From the NCBI RefSeq assembly GCF_963853765.1, contig NC_088857.1, forward strand, positions 22,506,001 through 22,570,000: DNA of 64,000 nt, given 5' to 3'. The notes below the pieces were generated by a model. The model had not been told where the DNA came from, did no database searches, and saw only the letters and a program-made list of their open reading frames with translations. This document shows, piece after piece, positions 1 through 13,484 of the stretch (its first letter is position 1; every line of letters starts with the position of its first letter). This stretch comes from Magallana gigas (Eukaryota). The translations under genes and the position numbers were made by a program.

Positions 1-86
1 GTTTGATAAACATTTCTGCGATGGTTTTCTTTTTATAAGGAAGTGCTAGAGATAACAACTTGAGTAAAATGCTTAAGAAAGGATAC

Positions 87-1933
87 CTTAGCATCAGAAG
101 ATTCCACGCCCTCTTTCCTTTTTCTTCCTCTACCAATTTTTTTTTCTGCAATGCAAGTTTGGATTATAAACACATCAGATAACCTACCATGCTAACATAT
201 CTTTGACCAAAAGAATAAACAAGAGGCCTTTGGGCCACATCACTCACCTGAGCAACACTGGCTTTATATGGGCATTCAAAGTATATTGTGCCATATGGCC
301 CCTTGGTTTATTAACAAAAAATAAATATCAGAATTTTACACTTATATTTTCATATACTTAATCTTTGACATATTTAACTTTCTAGTATACAATTTTTACC
401 GAAAATAAGATAATATGCAATATATTTAAGTAAATTTTCAGTACGGGTTCACTGTTAACTTCCAGCTCCCTTAATTTCAGCCCCCCTTCCAAATCACTTT
501 ATAAAGCAATCGAAATACATGAGAGCATAGAGGTATACTTTCTCCCTCAACTACTTACTAGTTATTGTACCAGCATTGTATTTTTCAAAAATTCCTATGA
601 ACGAAAAAAGAAAATTGTACCTCAATGCATTCAATTCCTCAAATTAAAAACAATCAAAAATTTACTTGGTTTTCTCCATTATAAATGACTGTTGTTTACC
701 TGGTGTGAATTGGTATGACGTTTCATAAACTTACTCACTTGACTGATGAATAAACTTAACTGAAAAATGTTGTCACATGATATCTTAAAGAGCTATAATT
801 TTAACCTATTTATTAACAGGGATTTTGCTCTATTGTACTAAGGCCCACCCTTTATTCAAAAACAAATGGCTACAAAGATGATTTTCCATTGCAATAATTT
901 TTAAAGAACATTTTATACATATGTAATTCATTGCATAAGAAGGGGCATTGGAAAGTAGTTACAACATATCATTTTAATTTTTCTGTGCAAGTATTTAATG
1001 TTTAAAGCAAGACATTTCTAATGATCAATCACAGAATTTTCAACAAGATACAGAGGTTTGTTTGAGTCATGTTTTTGTTCACATGAGATTATTACATTCA
1101 ACTTGAGATTTTTAACTCTGTGTAAAAACAGCATTTCGAGCAAAGCTCTGTATCTTGCTTATAACTGAGAGCTTGACTCTCAGATACGGTTAGTAAATAG
1201 AAAATTTCAAACAATTAAAACAGAGGAAAAATGCACTAAAACAAAGAAAGAGCCCAATTTATTTTTCATCATATATATATACCTATATATTTCTAGCAGC
1301 GAAAATAATCTCCGTCTAGCATGAAAATGCTGAGCGTATTAACAAAACATGTTGCATTAATCAACCACTACATAGAGATCAACCCGAATTACTAATAGAA
1401 TGTATAGTATCTTATAATGTTGTTAGTGTAGATTTTCCTCATTTTGCGCAGGTAACCAATCAGCTGTCTGATTTACCATAGTCTATGTTTGATTTGATAA
1501 GTAGAAATTCGAAAATACAGTCGAAAGTTTCCATCAAGTTCAAAAGCATAATGAAACTGAATTGAAAATCAAAACACGTAAGAAATCAATGTCACAAGTG
1601 AAAATTTTAACGCATTGATATATTTAACCTCAAATTACTTCACAAAATCGGCAAATATATTTTGCATGTTTCAAATATTCCCTTTGCACATTCTAAACTG
1701 ATTGACTTCCCTCTTTGTTATTTTCGTAAATTACTCAAATTTGAAAAAGAAGTAGCCCATAATTTTTGCAATTTATATTTTCTTTTCCATCAGGATTATT
1801 TATGCTAAATTACGTTGAATTTGACTCAGTAGTTCTTGAGAAAAGGCTTTTATAAAATGCACCCCCCCCCTTTTTCTCCACTTTGAATACAGTTGGTCTT
1901 TCATCACTGCAATTTATATTTACCATATCATAA

Positions 1934-1964
<31 letters not shown>

Positions 1965-4593
1965 CCAAGTGGCTTTAGAGAAGAAGTTCAAAATGTGAAA
2001 AGTTTACAGACAGATAGACAGACAGGCAGACGGATGATGGACAAACTGTGATCAGTAAAGCTCACTTGAGCTTTTAGCTGATGGTTGATAGTTGATAATT
2101 ATCTTTGGAAACAATCACTTTAACTTAAACAAAATCAAACACCAAATGCAATTGACAACAAAGGAATTTGGTGTTTTCAATGATTTATCAAATGTGCTTT
2201 ACATAATAACTTCTGGGTCTTACAGCAATTCATATGTATGCTATAATTTTTTAAACCATTTGATCATGACTTAATGATAAAGATCACCTTGAGAGGATGA
2301 CGGAGAGCTGTACATGGAGTTCTTGGTTCTGTGTGATCGCCTTTCATCTGTTGAGTTCTTCTGATCTGAAGTCTCTGCTTGAGTCTAAAAAAAAAGAACA
2401 ACTCTAAATATTTCCTTTCCCATATATATTCGCACCTGCTGTTACGGCCACCTTTAATCAGTGGCCACTCACCATGAGGGACCAGTTTTGAATCCCACTC
2501 GTTTAGTTTTTTACTATATTTAAACTCATTTAAGCGACATCCTGTCTAACGTGGCCAGTGTTTTAAGGTCCCGTGCTTTCAACATGCCTGTTTTCAATGA
2601 CCATTTTTGCATTTCAAAGCAATTTCAAAAACTGTTTTGGTTGTTTTGTTTTATGTAAAAAATACTTGTAAAACTCTTTTAATGATTCTTTCACAACTTC
2701 TTTAATTATTACATATAAATTACAATGATTTATTATTGAATATGATCAAGCAAGGGAAGATAACTCCATAACTCTTTGCCCTGCCCTAAGGGCTCCTATG
2801 GGGCAAGTGTCATGAAATTTAAAATTCATGTTCCCCTTACTCCAAAGATGCATCACACAAAATTTGAAAGAAATTGGCCATGTAGTTAATAAGAAGTTGA
2901 AAATAATTAATTGTTAACACATGCACAACAGCAGACAAAGGCCAATTGTAAAAGTTCACCAGAGTGACTCAGGTGACCTAAAAATCCCACAAAATCCATC
3001 ATTTTACCTACCTTCTTTGCCATTTTTTTAGCAAGACGTTCTCTCCTTTTTTGGTCTTCTTGTTTTTGTCTTTCCATCCTTTTTATTAAGTATTGGGTAT
3101 ACACTGTACTCTTGTTCAGCAGAAGCTGAAGTTTGTTGTACCGAAGTTCTCGATCTGCATTGTCAAGTTGATCCCATATCTGGATAGATCGATACACATT
3201 GCTTGTTATAAATTCACAGAACAACCATGTTAATGTAGATTAACGATAAATCGCCAGGATTATATATATACGCATAAATTCGCAAGTTGCACATCTCTCA
3301 GATTTGGAAATCTCACTTTTATTTTTCAGACATGTAAAAAATGAAACTATGATAAAACTTTGTCATTTGCAATTTTATATTCTCTCAATTTGATGCAAAA
3401 TGATTGAATTGTTGAATTAAATACTCACATAATTATATAAGAAATCTACTGTACACAAAATCATTATGCTGAGAGAGAGAGAGAGAGAGAGAGATAGAGA
3501 GACACACTTGTAATACAGCACATTTTAATTTACCTTCTGTTGTTCTTCTTTAAATTTTCCTTCTTCTTTCTTTCCCTCATTTTCCAAGTTTTCCTCTTCC
3601 TTTAACATATCAGTTGTGACCACACCCTCACAAGAGTCTTCTTTGCTTTCCTCAATATGTTCAACTTTCTTTAAAGAAGTTAAATCATTTCCAGAAAAAG
3701 TCTCTCCTTTTGTAATACCCTTTGAATAATATTAATGATTTCAATAGAACAGAAAGCTGTTTTAGGCCAAAGTAAAAAAATACTTTTGTTTCCCCATACT
3801 GCAGCAAACCCAATTAAATCCTGCCAACTGATTTTTTTTACCACATTAAATAGACTGTGACAATTTTTTTTTAAAACAGAAACACCTGAGCAACAACAGA
3901 CATAATATCGGCTTTATGGAGTCAAGTAAGTTGTTTTTTGACATTGTTTACAAATCGTGTCCTACTTTCGATTCTTCCCTCGCGTATTATTTATATGCCA
4001 TAATGGCATGTATGTCAAAGTGTGTAGAGCGGATACGATGCCCCTGTGATTGAAACAAAGTTTACATATTTAAATTTAAAATCAACATTATTAAATTGTG
4101 AATTTGATTCCATTAGTACAAGTATAACAATTGTTTACAATTGGTCAGGTTTTTTATTATGTAAATAATAAAAGTATTGATTGATATTTTCATTTTTTAT
4201 TTTAACTTAAATTGTATTATCAATTCTGCATGGCGGAAAAAAAAATTTACCTACCAACCTACCCAACTTCAAAATTTAGGGTCGGTTTAGGGGAAACAGA
4301 TATATTTTTAATGATAGCCTTATCAGAAAAAACAATACACGTGTGAAAAGCTTTCTTTTTGCAAATGCCAATCTGACAGTTTTTTAAGACTTTTGACTGG
4401 GCCTTACATATCTAGGATGATTAAGCACTTGTTTAGTCTGATACATTCAAATAACTTTAATCCATATTATAGTCTTTACCTCCAGATCATTTTCAGTAAC
4501 TCCTTTGGTGTGATCCTCTTCAATAATTTTTGCTACTTCCTTAGGCTCTTCAGCCTCAACACTTGGGATCTGAGGGGAAATATTTCCAGACAT
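87..4593 (-). CDS. HELLS: Lymphoid-specific helicase (HELLS/LSH, SNF2 family), 5' part; gene continues beyond the left edge
   Basis: Coding exons 4480-4593 (ATG at 4593), 3534-3719, 3012-3179, 2288-2384 and 87-145 are all GT-AG and phase-compatible (208 codons). The peptide VVTTDMLKEEENLENEGKKEEENLKKEQQKIWDQLDNADRELRYNKLQLLLNKSTVYTQYLIKRMERQKQE matches the HELLS N-terminal coiled-coil (vertebrate ...[27 protein letters not shown]). The helicase core is not in the window. Confidence 0.88.
218..2080 (+). mobile_element. Non-autonomous Helentron (HINE)-like element with nested insertions
   Basis: 5' end AACAAGAGGCC...GGGCCACATCACTCACCTGAG. The 3' end has a GACA microsatellite (~2006-2030) followed by the AGCTCACTTGAGCTTTTAGCTG palindrome. 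The interior is interrupted by other repeats. Confidence 0.6.
2760..2985 (+). mobile_element. HINE-like element, 3' fragment
   Basis: Satellite-like unit followed by the terminal TCACCAGAGTGACTCAGGTGACCTAAAAA, as at 13450-13484. Confidence 0.5.
3472..3502. repeat. (GA)n microsatellite
   Basis: Direct GA dinucleotide run in a HELLS intron. Confidence 0.9.
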
Positions 4594-5191
4594 CTTTGTC
4601 CTGCTATTAACATAAAACAGAAATTCAAATGATTAACATTACAATAGTTCAAGTGTTAGTTCATTATCCTTGATATTGGCAGGCAGGATTTGATGAAATT
4701 ATCTCGTGTCAAGATTCAGTGCTCAAAGTTACAAGTTAAAAAATCTCATTGCATGACTTGGGACCTAAATTTAGATTTTGTATGCAAGGAATACCTAAGC
4801 AATAAGAACTTAGAAGTCAAATACGTAACAACTAATTCTGTTTTTGATATTGTATTTTTACAAATTTAAAAGATAAAATAGGCTAAACCGGGTAATTTCG
4901 AACACCAGTCCATTTTGATTAAATTGGTACAACCCAACACAATGATTCGCAAGTATGATGTTTCTAGAATTAGAGAAAAACACTCCACAAATTGTTTTTT
5001 TTATTAAATCATTTGATCAGAATAATGTTTTCTTTTCCAGTCTTAATAATGCTTGCTTTCACGTCAGCAAATACAAGAGAGGCAAATCTTGGCATTTAAT
5101 ATTATGTACATGTTTTCTCCCAAATGATACTTAAAAATAATGTACGAGCTTTCGTGAATGTTGCAGAATAACCTCCAAGGTCGAGAAATGT

Positions 5192-5936
5192 TAAGGCTGC
5201 AACGTTAAACCATGAGACGGTATATCACGGTAAAAATATGCCACGGTTCAATGTCACGATACTGTAGGCTATACGGCGGTTCGGTATTTGGCTTCCGGTG
5301 TTGAAAAACGTATTTCACATTATTTAATTTTGCCCCCTGCTACAGTGCATCCCATAAATCTTCGATATGGTAACATTTTGGGTTTTATAGGATAAACGAA
5401 ATTGGTAAACAAAGTTCCCATATTGAGTGTTTCAACATGTAAGCACTATTTTGCAGACATTTTCCTACAAACAAAGGACATGCATATTGCACCTCGTATA
5501 AAACGACATTATCCATGCATTTGTATGTTGTCGTAAGAAATTAATGCCACATTCCTAGATGCGCAAAAATGCAATTAGATTTAAATGTCATCCTAGTCAT
5601 TAAATATTTTGCTTTCAGAAAATTCATTACATCTATAATAAGAGCATATATAATTTAATTGTTGTCAGTGTTGAAATATCAATATTGATGTCAACATTAT
5701 ATTTTTACCTTGTGCAGATCATGTTGACATTCTGATATTTATACAGCTGATTTGGAAAAATATGTGGAAAAAAATGATGTAACTAAAAGTTGAAGATTAA
5801 ACCATGCCAAAGTATGCGTAATTGTTTATTTGTTATTTGTTAAAAGCACATTAAAAGTATCACAATACATAATGTATCGTATCTCCTGTATCGTGATATG
5901 TATCCTATTGGAGGCAAGTGCATCGTTACACCCCTA
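5192..5936. mobile_element. Non-autonomous hAT element in HELLS intron 1
   Basis: Imperfect 13-bp TIRs (TAAGGCTGCAACG and reverse complement TAGGGGTGTAACG). Exact 8-bp TSD AGAAATGT at 5184-5191 and 5937-5944. Confidence 0.8.
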
Positions 5937-6911
5937 AGAAATGTTGTTTTGAAATGTTTTGAAATATAAAACGGAGGCATTAGCTGAGGCTTTTATATTT
6001 CAAACACAGGGGCCAAGCCCGTTTTAACATTGTATTATTTAACATCAATGTATTAATAACCATAAATAAAGAAAGGGGTCGAACTCTGACCCAGATAAAA
6101 AACGACCAGCTTGCTTCAAAAGCCCAATAAATCAATTAATATTTAAAACAATCGCAATATGCATGTATTTTTCAGAAAAGTAATGTCTGAGATATATACA
6201 CTCATGCCGAATTTTAAGCTAATAGGTCTTGAAATAGCCGAGATATACGTCACTATTCTCTCGAAGTCGCCAGTTTATTTTTACTCAGACATTTACCGGT
6301 CCAGGGCTCACGATGGGATGTTGCCTATGACAACAGCAGTATTGCAATAGTCGAGAAACATTCGCACTAATCTTATAGTAGATGATAATTGATTTATTGT
6401 ACAACATAACATGATTCCAATAATCTTGTCAGAAGAGTCTGAGAATTCGTATTAATATACAAATGTGCGTATTTCAAATAGAGATTAGAAACTACTTGCC
6501 ATGCAAAATAACATATCTTTGATTTTAAAATAAATAATATTCGATAAAATCAACTCCCGTTATATAGTACTTCAGTACTTTGATTTAATCACTATTTCAC
6601 AAAGAAGGGAGGCAACTCTCCATTATTTACATAAGCTTCAAAACAGAAGTCGAGAAAATTGCAATACATGACGATGCCACATACTCCGTTTTCGGAGTCC
6701 GTCCTAACTGATAATTACTGTTCACGACTTTTAGGCCTAATCAACTCATAATTAAACGATGCGATCATGTGCGAAACGTCTTGAGGCAAAACGTCTCAGA
6801 GCGGACGATTTTTAAGGGGCGAACTCTGTAGCTTATCTCGTTGGTCACATCAAAATATTTTATTCAGTGTAAACAATCATCAAAATCTTTCTTTAATATA
6901 ATTTTACGTAC

Positions 6912-6976
6912 ATGATCTTGGCTGTCAGCTGTTCTTCCATTCAACCTCGACTATTTATAGGCTGTATGTTCCCGCC
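6912..6976 (-). promoter_or_regulatory. Putative HELLS core promoter and short non-coding first exon
   Basis: E2F-type TTCCCGCC at 6969-6976. CTATAAATAG TATA box on the minus strand at 6951-6960. A CA initiator lies near 6930 and a GTACGT donor at 6911. HELLS is a known E2F target in vertebrates. Confidence 0.5.
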
Positions 6977-7760
6977 ACAAAATCGCTGTGGTGTCAAGTC
7001 AAGTCGTACAAAGACCAACTCGTATACAGGTCATCTCGTATAGCACAAAAATCTCGTGTGGTATAAAACCAAAAAGAATTTTTTTATATCATTACAAAAT
7101 ATCGATATCGTATGCAGAAAATGAAAGTAAACTCGTCAACAAGGTATTTTAAAGCTAAAATTGTTGATAAATAGTTAGCTTTAATTGTAACACTGCGCTG
7201 GATAATTACTGATTATGCCAGTGCCAATTTTTCAATTCAATTTCAATTCTTTATTCACTCAAGACCAGTTCACCGGTATTTGAGGTTCAAAATCAGTATA
7301 TACAAATGTACACAAACACAGTCAAGGATCACATGTACAGTAGGAGTAATAATGACGAAAAAAGGTTTAAATTACAATACAATAGGTTGTTAAAGTTGGT
7401 TTCTGGAAGAACAGACTTTGAAAATTTTCTATTAATAAATATTGACAAGTTTTTTTAGTTTTTCTACATTCAAAATATTCATGAGCTCGTTAAATTTTAT
7501 AATATTTGGGTTTTCATAATATCACTTGGGCAAAAACATTTTTCTATCGTTTACAAAATGTGTACATTCTAAAATATAATGAAATTCATCCCCAATACTA
7601 TTAGTCACACATTGTAAATTTTCTTTAATTTCTTTCAATGTTATGCCATCTACCAAGGTGGCATTTTTGCACCGGCTTAAGATACAGTTTCGGAAAAATC
7701 CCTATATACCAAATGATAGGTCGTTGTTTAGAAAGTATATAGCCATTTTTGTTTTTAGTG

Positions 7761-8090
7761 TATTTCACCTGACAGATGAGAGATTTACCTTTAGAAATTA
7801 ATATCCCATAGGAAAATGATAATTCACATAGGAGAAACGATTCTCCCACAGGAAAAATGACAATCCTATAGGATTTTCTAAGAAAAAATCCTAGAGGAAT
7901 TATATTCTCAATAGAAGAATGGCATTTCCCGTAGGAATTTGATTTAGACAGGTAGCTTTCTTATAGGAAATTAAGTTCTCCAATCGGATTTTATCAAATC
8001 CTGTCATGTTCTTTTATTCCGATGAGAAATTTCAAATTAAGTTAGGAATTTATTTTTGAAAGATAAATATCTCACCTGACAGGTGAGATA
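7761..8090. mobile_element. TA-flanked MITE with internal short tandem repeats
   Basis: ~37-bp imperfect TIRs (TATTTCACCTGACAGATGAGAGATTTACCTTTAGAAA versus reverse complement TATCTCACCTGTCAGGTGAGATATTTATCTTTCAAA). The interior is built of CCTATAGGAA-like units. Confidence 0.7.
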
Positions 8091-8329
8091 AAATGATAAC
8101 AAAAGTGGTTGTAAACTCTTTAAGCAACAATCTTTCGTATATGTGTCTTAATTCCCACTTAGCTAAAATTCTGAATTTTCTATGGGTGACTGATTTTAGA
8201 AAAGTGTTATATACATGTTATAAAAGTAAATCTTAATGATTAAAAAGGGTTTGTCCTATGATTGATCTTAGGTAAATTTTATTTTATTTAAAATCATATA
8301 CTCAATATTCATCCTTTTGAGTGATGAGA

Positions 8330-8710
8330 AGGAAACAGATATAGTTGCATTAAAGAGGTATGGTCACAATTTTGGTCAAATTTGATTTTTCCATTTTTGT
8401 TTACAATGCTTTGGTGAGATATTTCTTATGATCAACCAAAAAGGGTCAGTTTTTAGAGTTGTAAGCAAGATACAGAGCTCACAATTCTTTGTTATGTAAA
8501 CAAGGCTCGTGTCATGGTTTTGTTTACATTTATTCAATATACCGTAGAAAGTTCTTTTTCAGGATGATTTTTCTATCTGGTGATTAGCTTTGAACATAAA
8601 CGAACAGTTACTAGCACTTGTCACATTGACCTTAGGTCTAAACCTGGAAACTTCAAAATATTACCTGTGCTTTATTTATATGACAAAGAATTGTGAGCTT
8701 TGTATCTCAC
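8330..8710. mobile_element. Kolobok-like non-autonomous repeat; related fragments at ~1040-1180 and ~21620-21880
   Basis: Begins TTAAAGAGG. The motifs GAATTGTGAGCTCTGTATCT(T/C) and CATGTTTTTGTTTAC recur at three places in the window. Confidence 0.45.
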
Positions 8711-8857
8711 TATATAAGTGTAAGTAATTTATTTACTATAGTGACATGCACATATTATGTAGAATTGTGCCATATAATACAAATCTCAAACAACTACTTG
8801 TACATTAATATTGGGCATTCAGCCCATTGGGCCTACAAGTCACCTTTGGTAATATTA

Positions 8858-9224
8858 TATAAATAGTGCCTGTTTGGGAGGGTAACAGTTGAAATTGACA
8901 CCCCTCGAAAACCATTGTCAACCTCCGCTTCGCGTCGGTTGACAATGGTTTTCTCGGGGTGTCAATTTCAACTGTTATCCTCCCAAACAGGCACTATTTA
9001 TTTTGTTATACTGAATGTCTTAATTTTAAAGAAAACATCACTGCTTTTAAATAGGAATAACGTGAATTCTAAGGCGAACCGTACGCGCATGAGTTTCGTG
9101 CATGTAACAATTCGTAATGTTACCCGTTGCTAAGTGCGTCGCTAACGCTGAGGGTAATAGAACATATTATGAACTGCGTCTAAACCAATCAGATTTCAGT
9201 ATTTAACATGAAGGTATAATAATA
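8858..9224 (+). mobile_element. Palindromic non-autonomous element, copy 1 (Crypton-like architecture, family inferred)
   Basis: 141-bp near-perfect palindrome at 8860-9000 plus a ~220-bp tail ending AACCAATCAGATTTCAGTATTTAACATGAAGGTATAATAA. TATAA occurs at both ends. A second copy lies at 33622-33966. Confidence 0.7.
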
Positions 9225-9458
9225 ACAATTATAGTTCATCACGAGTTATACAAGTGTAGAAATTATTAAATAATTGGTTTCGTGCATGTAACAATTCGTA
9301 ATGTTACCCGTTGCTAAGTGCGTCGCTAACGCTGAGGGTAATAGAACATATTATGAACTGCGTCTAAACCAATCAGATTTCAGTATTTAACATGAAGGTA
9401 TAATAATAACAATTATAGTTCATCACGAGTTATACAAGTGTAGAAATTATTAAATAAT
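9093..9458. repeat. Perfect 182-bp tandem duplication
   Basis: 9093-9274 is identical to 9277-9458 (period 184) and spans the element's 3' end plus flanking DNA. Confidence 0.9.
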
Positions 9459-9539
9459 ATTGGGGTTATGGTATTTATTAAATTAAAATGTTACATCAAG
9501 GTGAATATCGAAAAATGAATAAATTATCTAATATAGGCT

Positions 9540-10200
9540 AAAGAAATTATCTCCGAATTCGGTATGCTTTTAAAAACCAATTTTGATAATTGTCTAGATT
9601 TATGGCTAATAGTTAAACACGCCTATCACGGTCAAATAGTGCTGGTTATAGCAGCTGTTCGCCAAGGATTTCAATGCGACACTGGTTGTAAAACGAACAG
9701 TCAAACACAAAGTGTAGTTCATTTTCAATGACTTGTTGGGTACATAGAATGCATAATCGCTCGTTCGGAGGTTCTCCTACGTATCGTCCTGATTCGATTC
9801 TTAATGGTAGACCCCTGCTCTAAGTTGAGCCATGTGTGATCTTTCTGCTTTGCTCAGATTAAACGTTATATAATTTTCTAAGCCGAAATCGGTCTTGAAG
9901 GTCCTGTACGTCCGCAATTTTGGTACTCTCTCCAAGGAGTCTTTCCATATTTTCGAGTAGAAATTCGTAAGGTGCGATTCCACCAAACGCATTTGGTGTC
10001 GTAATATAATAACTCGACGCCTGACGCTCAAACTTTGGTTGACTATCAGAAATGCCTTACTGGAGCATTGTAAGCAACAAAACGGAAAAGTAAAATTTTT
10101 ACCAAATTCGTGACCATGCCTCTCTAAAGTTTATTCTAAATCCAATCATAGTCAACAACAAACTTTTTTTTTAGCATTTATAACTTATTTTGAATACCAT
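9540..10200 (-). mobile_element. 5'-truncated, decayed LINE (CR1/L2-group) ORF2 C-terminus
   Basis: KLRTYRTFKTDFGLENYITFNLSKAERSHMAQLRAG, then after a frameshift near 9805 LPLRIESGRYVGEPPNERLCILCTQQVIENELHFVFDCSFY. This is the typical LINE C-terminal CxxC...HF...C motif. Confidence 0.8.
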
Positions 10201-11796
10201 ATACATGCACTGTGGTGTGTCGTTTATTTAAGCAATTGCTTGCCTGGGTTTGTTTCCGTTTTGCACACTTTGAAAATTAGGTATCGAAAAAATGTGTGCG
10301 AAACGGGAATTTGACCAGGTGAGATGATTGCTATAGTCTATATCACAGTTCCTGTGAGGGCAATTGACAATGAAACAGATAAAACATTTCTTCTCGCAAT
10401 TGATATTTACATTTATTTTATGTTAATACGATATAACTTGCATAAAAGCACAATTACATAATAATTGATATCCATGTTCTTGAATTTAATTTCAAACATC
10501 ATATTTGGTCATGAACAATTTCATTAATTTCTTTAAACGAAAAATATTATTGCAAAACGTTGTATATGTAATGCTTTTGTTTAACTTACTGCCTTTTTCG
10601 CAGGTAGGAAGAACATACATGTACATGTTACAAGTTTGAAGAGAAAATATCATATGTTAATATTTAATTATTACTTTTGCTGACATAAACGGAGGAAATG
10701 TGTCTAGTGAAAACGCTGTTAAATGTTTTTCATTTATGCTGTGGCTTGAATAATCGTCGAAAATAGACAAACTCTATGATGATACGATGATAAATAGGCA
10801 ATTTAATCTGCTTCAAAAACTATAAAAAAAAATTCACAAAACCTATCAAGTGTAAAAGTAATTCATGCATTTTCAACCTTCTTTGTGACGTGCAAACCAG
10901 GTTATACAAATTCAACTAATTTTTTTCTATCCATTCAAATGCCGCGTTATGTACAACCAAAATTAAATTATAGTGTTATAGCTGCCGTAGCTTTCAACAG
11001 GTTAAACATCATTTAAAAGAGGAGGCCAAGAGCTTGTTTAATGCCGTTTTTTTTGGAGAGACTGTAGGCATTCTATATTTCCATTAGTCAAAAATGGACA
11101 AAACTCTAATATTTGTTACTTTTATCCTTCATATTTCAAAGAAAATGATTGTTTAAAACATAATTTTTCATTGCGTTTGCCAAAAAAATCAGCCCCGGTA
11201 CACCCTATGAAACAAAGATATTGTTATGAAGCATCATTAAACGAGTTTATATCTTGAATTACACCTTTCATTGAATGGATCTTGATCTTAATACTCAAAG
11301 ATTAAAATGACGAGTTTTATTATGATGCCAAAACGTTTAACTCTGTAAACTGCAACGTATCAAGCGAAAATCAAAGTTCACGCTTGTGGCTGTTACAGTG
11401 GCTCTTCCATTAAGATGAACTTACCAAAAAGTGATAGTGTCTACGGTTGTGGTACAAATTTACGGACTTGTATTTCTTTTTCAAAACATTCAATTGTTGG
11501 GATACAAAATCATTATGATATTTTTAATGTATAGTGGGTCATTCTTCCACGTTTTTATTGTTTAAAATTGGTTTGTTTTCCAATATAAGACCTTATTCAG
11601 ACCTTGTTGTTCTAACACGACACTATTTGGAGGGCTTGAGATGTATACGCCTGTTAGAGTCAACATATTCCAAGTATTGAACACATTTAAGGGTTACAAA
11701 TCGATGATATGTTAATTATATGATGTTTTGAATAACCTTTTTTTTTTAAATATCAGCTAGATTTATTGATATTTAATCTTTTTCCTTTTCATTATC

Positions 11797-11865
11797 CACA
11801 GGGGCCATCGTATTCGCTCTACATTCTATGACATATATATATATATATATAATATATATTATATC

Positions 11866-11905
<40 letters not shown>

Positions 11906-11930
11906 AGAGAGCGGATACGATGCCCCTGTG
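11797..11930. mobile_element. CMC/CACTA-like MITE filled with (TA)n and (GA)n
   Basis: TIRs CACAGGGG(C)CATCGTAT(T/C)CGCTCT. 3-bp TSD ATC at 11794-11796 and 11931-11933. A solo right end of the same family lies at 4021-4048. Confidence 0.65.
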
Positions 11931-13134
11931 ATCCCATCTCTTTTATCCTTAAAAAGCTGTTTTCGTTCCTGTGAGTTTTTTCCAAGTGAAAAATGATAAT
12001 TAGTCAATGAAGATATCTTGAATAGTATTCCTTTCATCTATTTCAAATGTATTATCTTTCACAGGAATTAAATTGTCTAAATATGATAGAAACAATCACT
12101 TGGTACAGACTATGGAAGCAGATGAGAAAATGACTTATTAACAGGCACTATGAATAATGAAGATACAAAAGATGAACTATATTGATGTCATTGTTAGAAA
12201 TTATTTATTGCAGTATTTTTTGTTCAGTAATAAATAACTGTCAATTTCCCAGCTACACAATTGATATATTTTTATATATATATGTATCTTGTACACAGTT
12301 CATATTATATGAAAATACATTAATAACACTCTTCAATACCATTAAAGCAGTCCAAGCTTCTTCTTCTTCTTCTTCAGTGGGATTAACAGTAATTCTGAAG
12401 TCATCTTAGATACATAAATATTCGAATCATTAAGAATCAGTTGAACATTAAACTAACTTAAAATAAATATGCAACCTAGCTTCTGCTTATTAGAAACAAC
12501 TTTATGCAATTGAACATCACTTTTCACATTTTTGATAACTAAAGTTGCCTCCATTTATATCATTTTAACAATAGCAGCAATGAAGGGAAACACCTGTGAA
12601 CCTGCTTTAACTGTACAACTCTAATGCAATACACATTGAACACTATACAATCTAAACCATCCATAATTTTGCATATATGAAATCTATAGCACTGGCACAA
12701 AATATGGAACATAATTATCATACAATGGATACACTGATAAACATGGAACACTTCCACAGAAACATAAATGATATCCTTTATGGAGGATAGGAAATGAAAA
12801 AACGAGAAGGAGACATGAACCAATAGGGACTTCATACCAAGTACAAAACGCTAATGTGAAAACTGAACTTGAATTACCACCATGTTTCCATGATTACGAA
12901 AAATTAAACCACCATGTCATGCAAATAATGCTATTTTAATGTTTATGGCAATCTTCTGCACATAGACTGAAATCAACAGACCACAGGATCTGTTATAATA
13001 CATGTAAAAGTTAATTCAACAAAGAAAAGAATGTGGTATCTAAATGTAAGTTATGGCCTTTCCCAAGTATTTACATCACAAAATGGAAATTTGATGTTGT
13101 TTCTTTGATAAAATAAATCTATATTTATCATTAA

Positions 13135-13484
13135 AACAAGAGGCCAATGGGCCTTAACGTTCACCTGAAAACCATATCTGTCGAGGAATCCCATTTAATT
13201 TTTATTCTGGAGTAAAAATTGTAATGAAGATCACCCCTCTGTCTGAAATCTTTCAAAAAGGACTATATGAAGCCTAAAATTTTGGCGGAAAACCTTAAGA
13301 TCATAATAGAGTCATGACCTAATACATGTACTGAAAAGGTGTAAAACTCTAATAGGAAATTATTTCCCATATTTGTTAACTTTCAAGTTCGGTGTATGTG
13401 TATGTTTTAATAGATAACCTAAGATAAGATGACTAATATACATGTTTTATCTAAACCACCTGAGTGACTTAGGTGACCTAAAAA
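13135..13484 (+). mobile_element. Short HINE-like element downstream of the PACSIN stop codon
   Basis: 5' AAACAAGAGGCCAATGGGCC...TCACCTGA and 3' CCACCTGAGTGACTTAGGTGACCTAAAAA. Confidence 0.65.
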
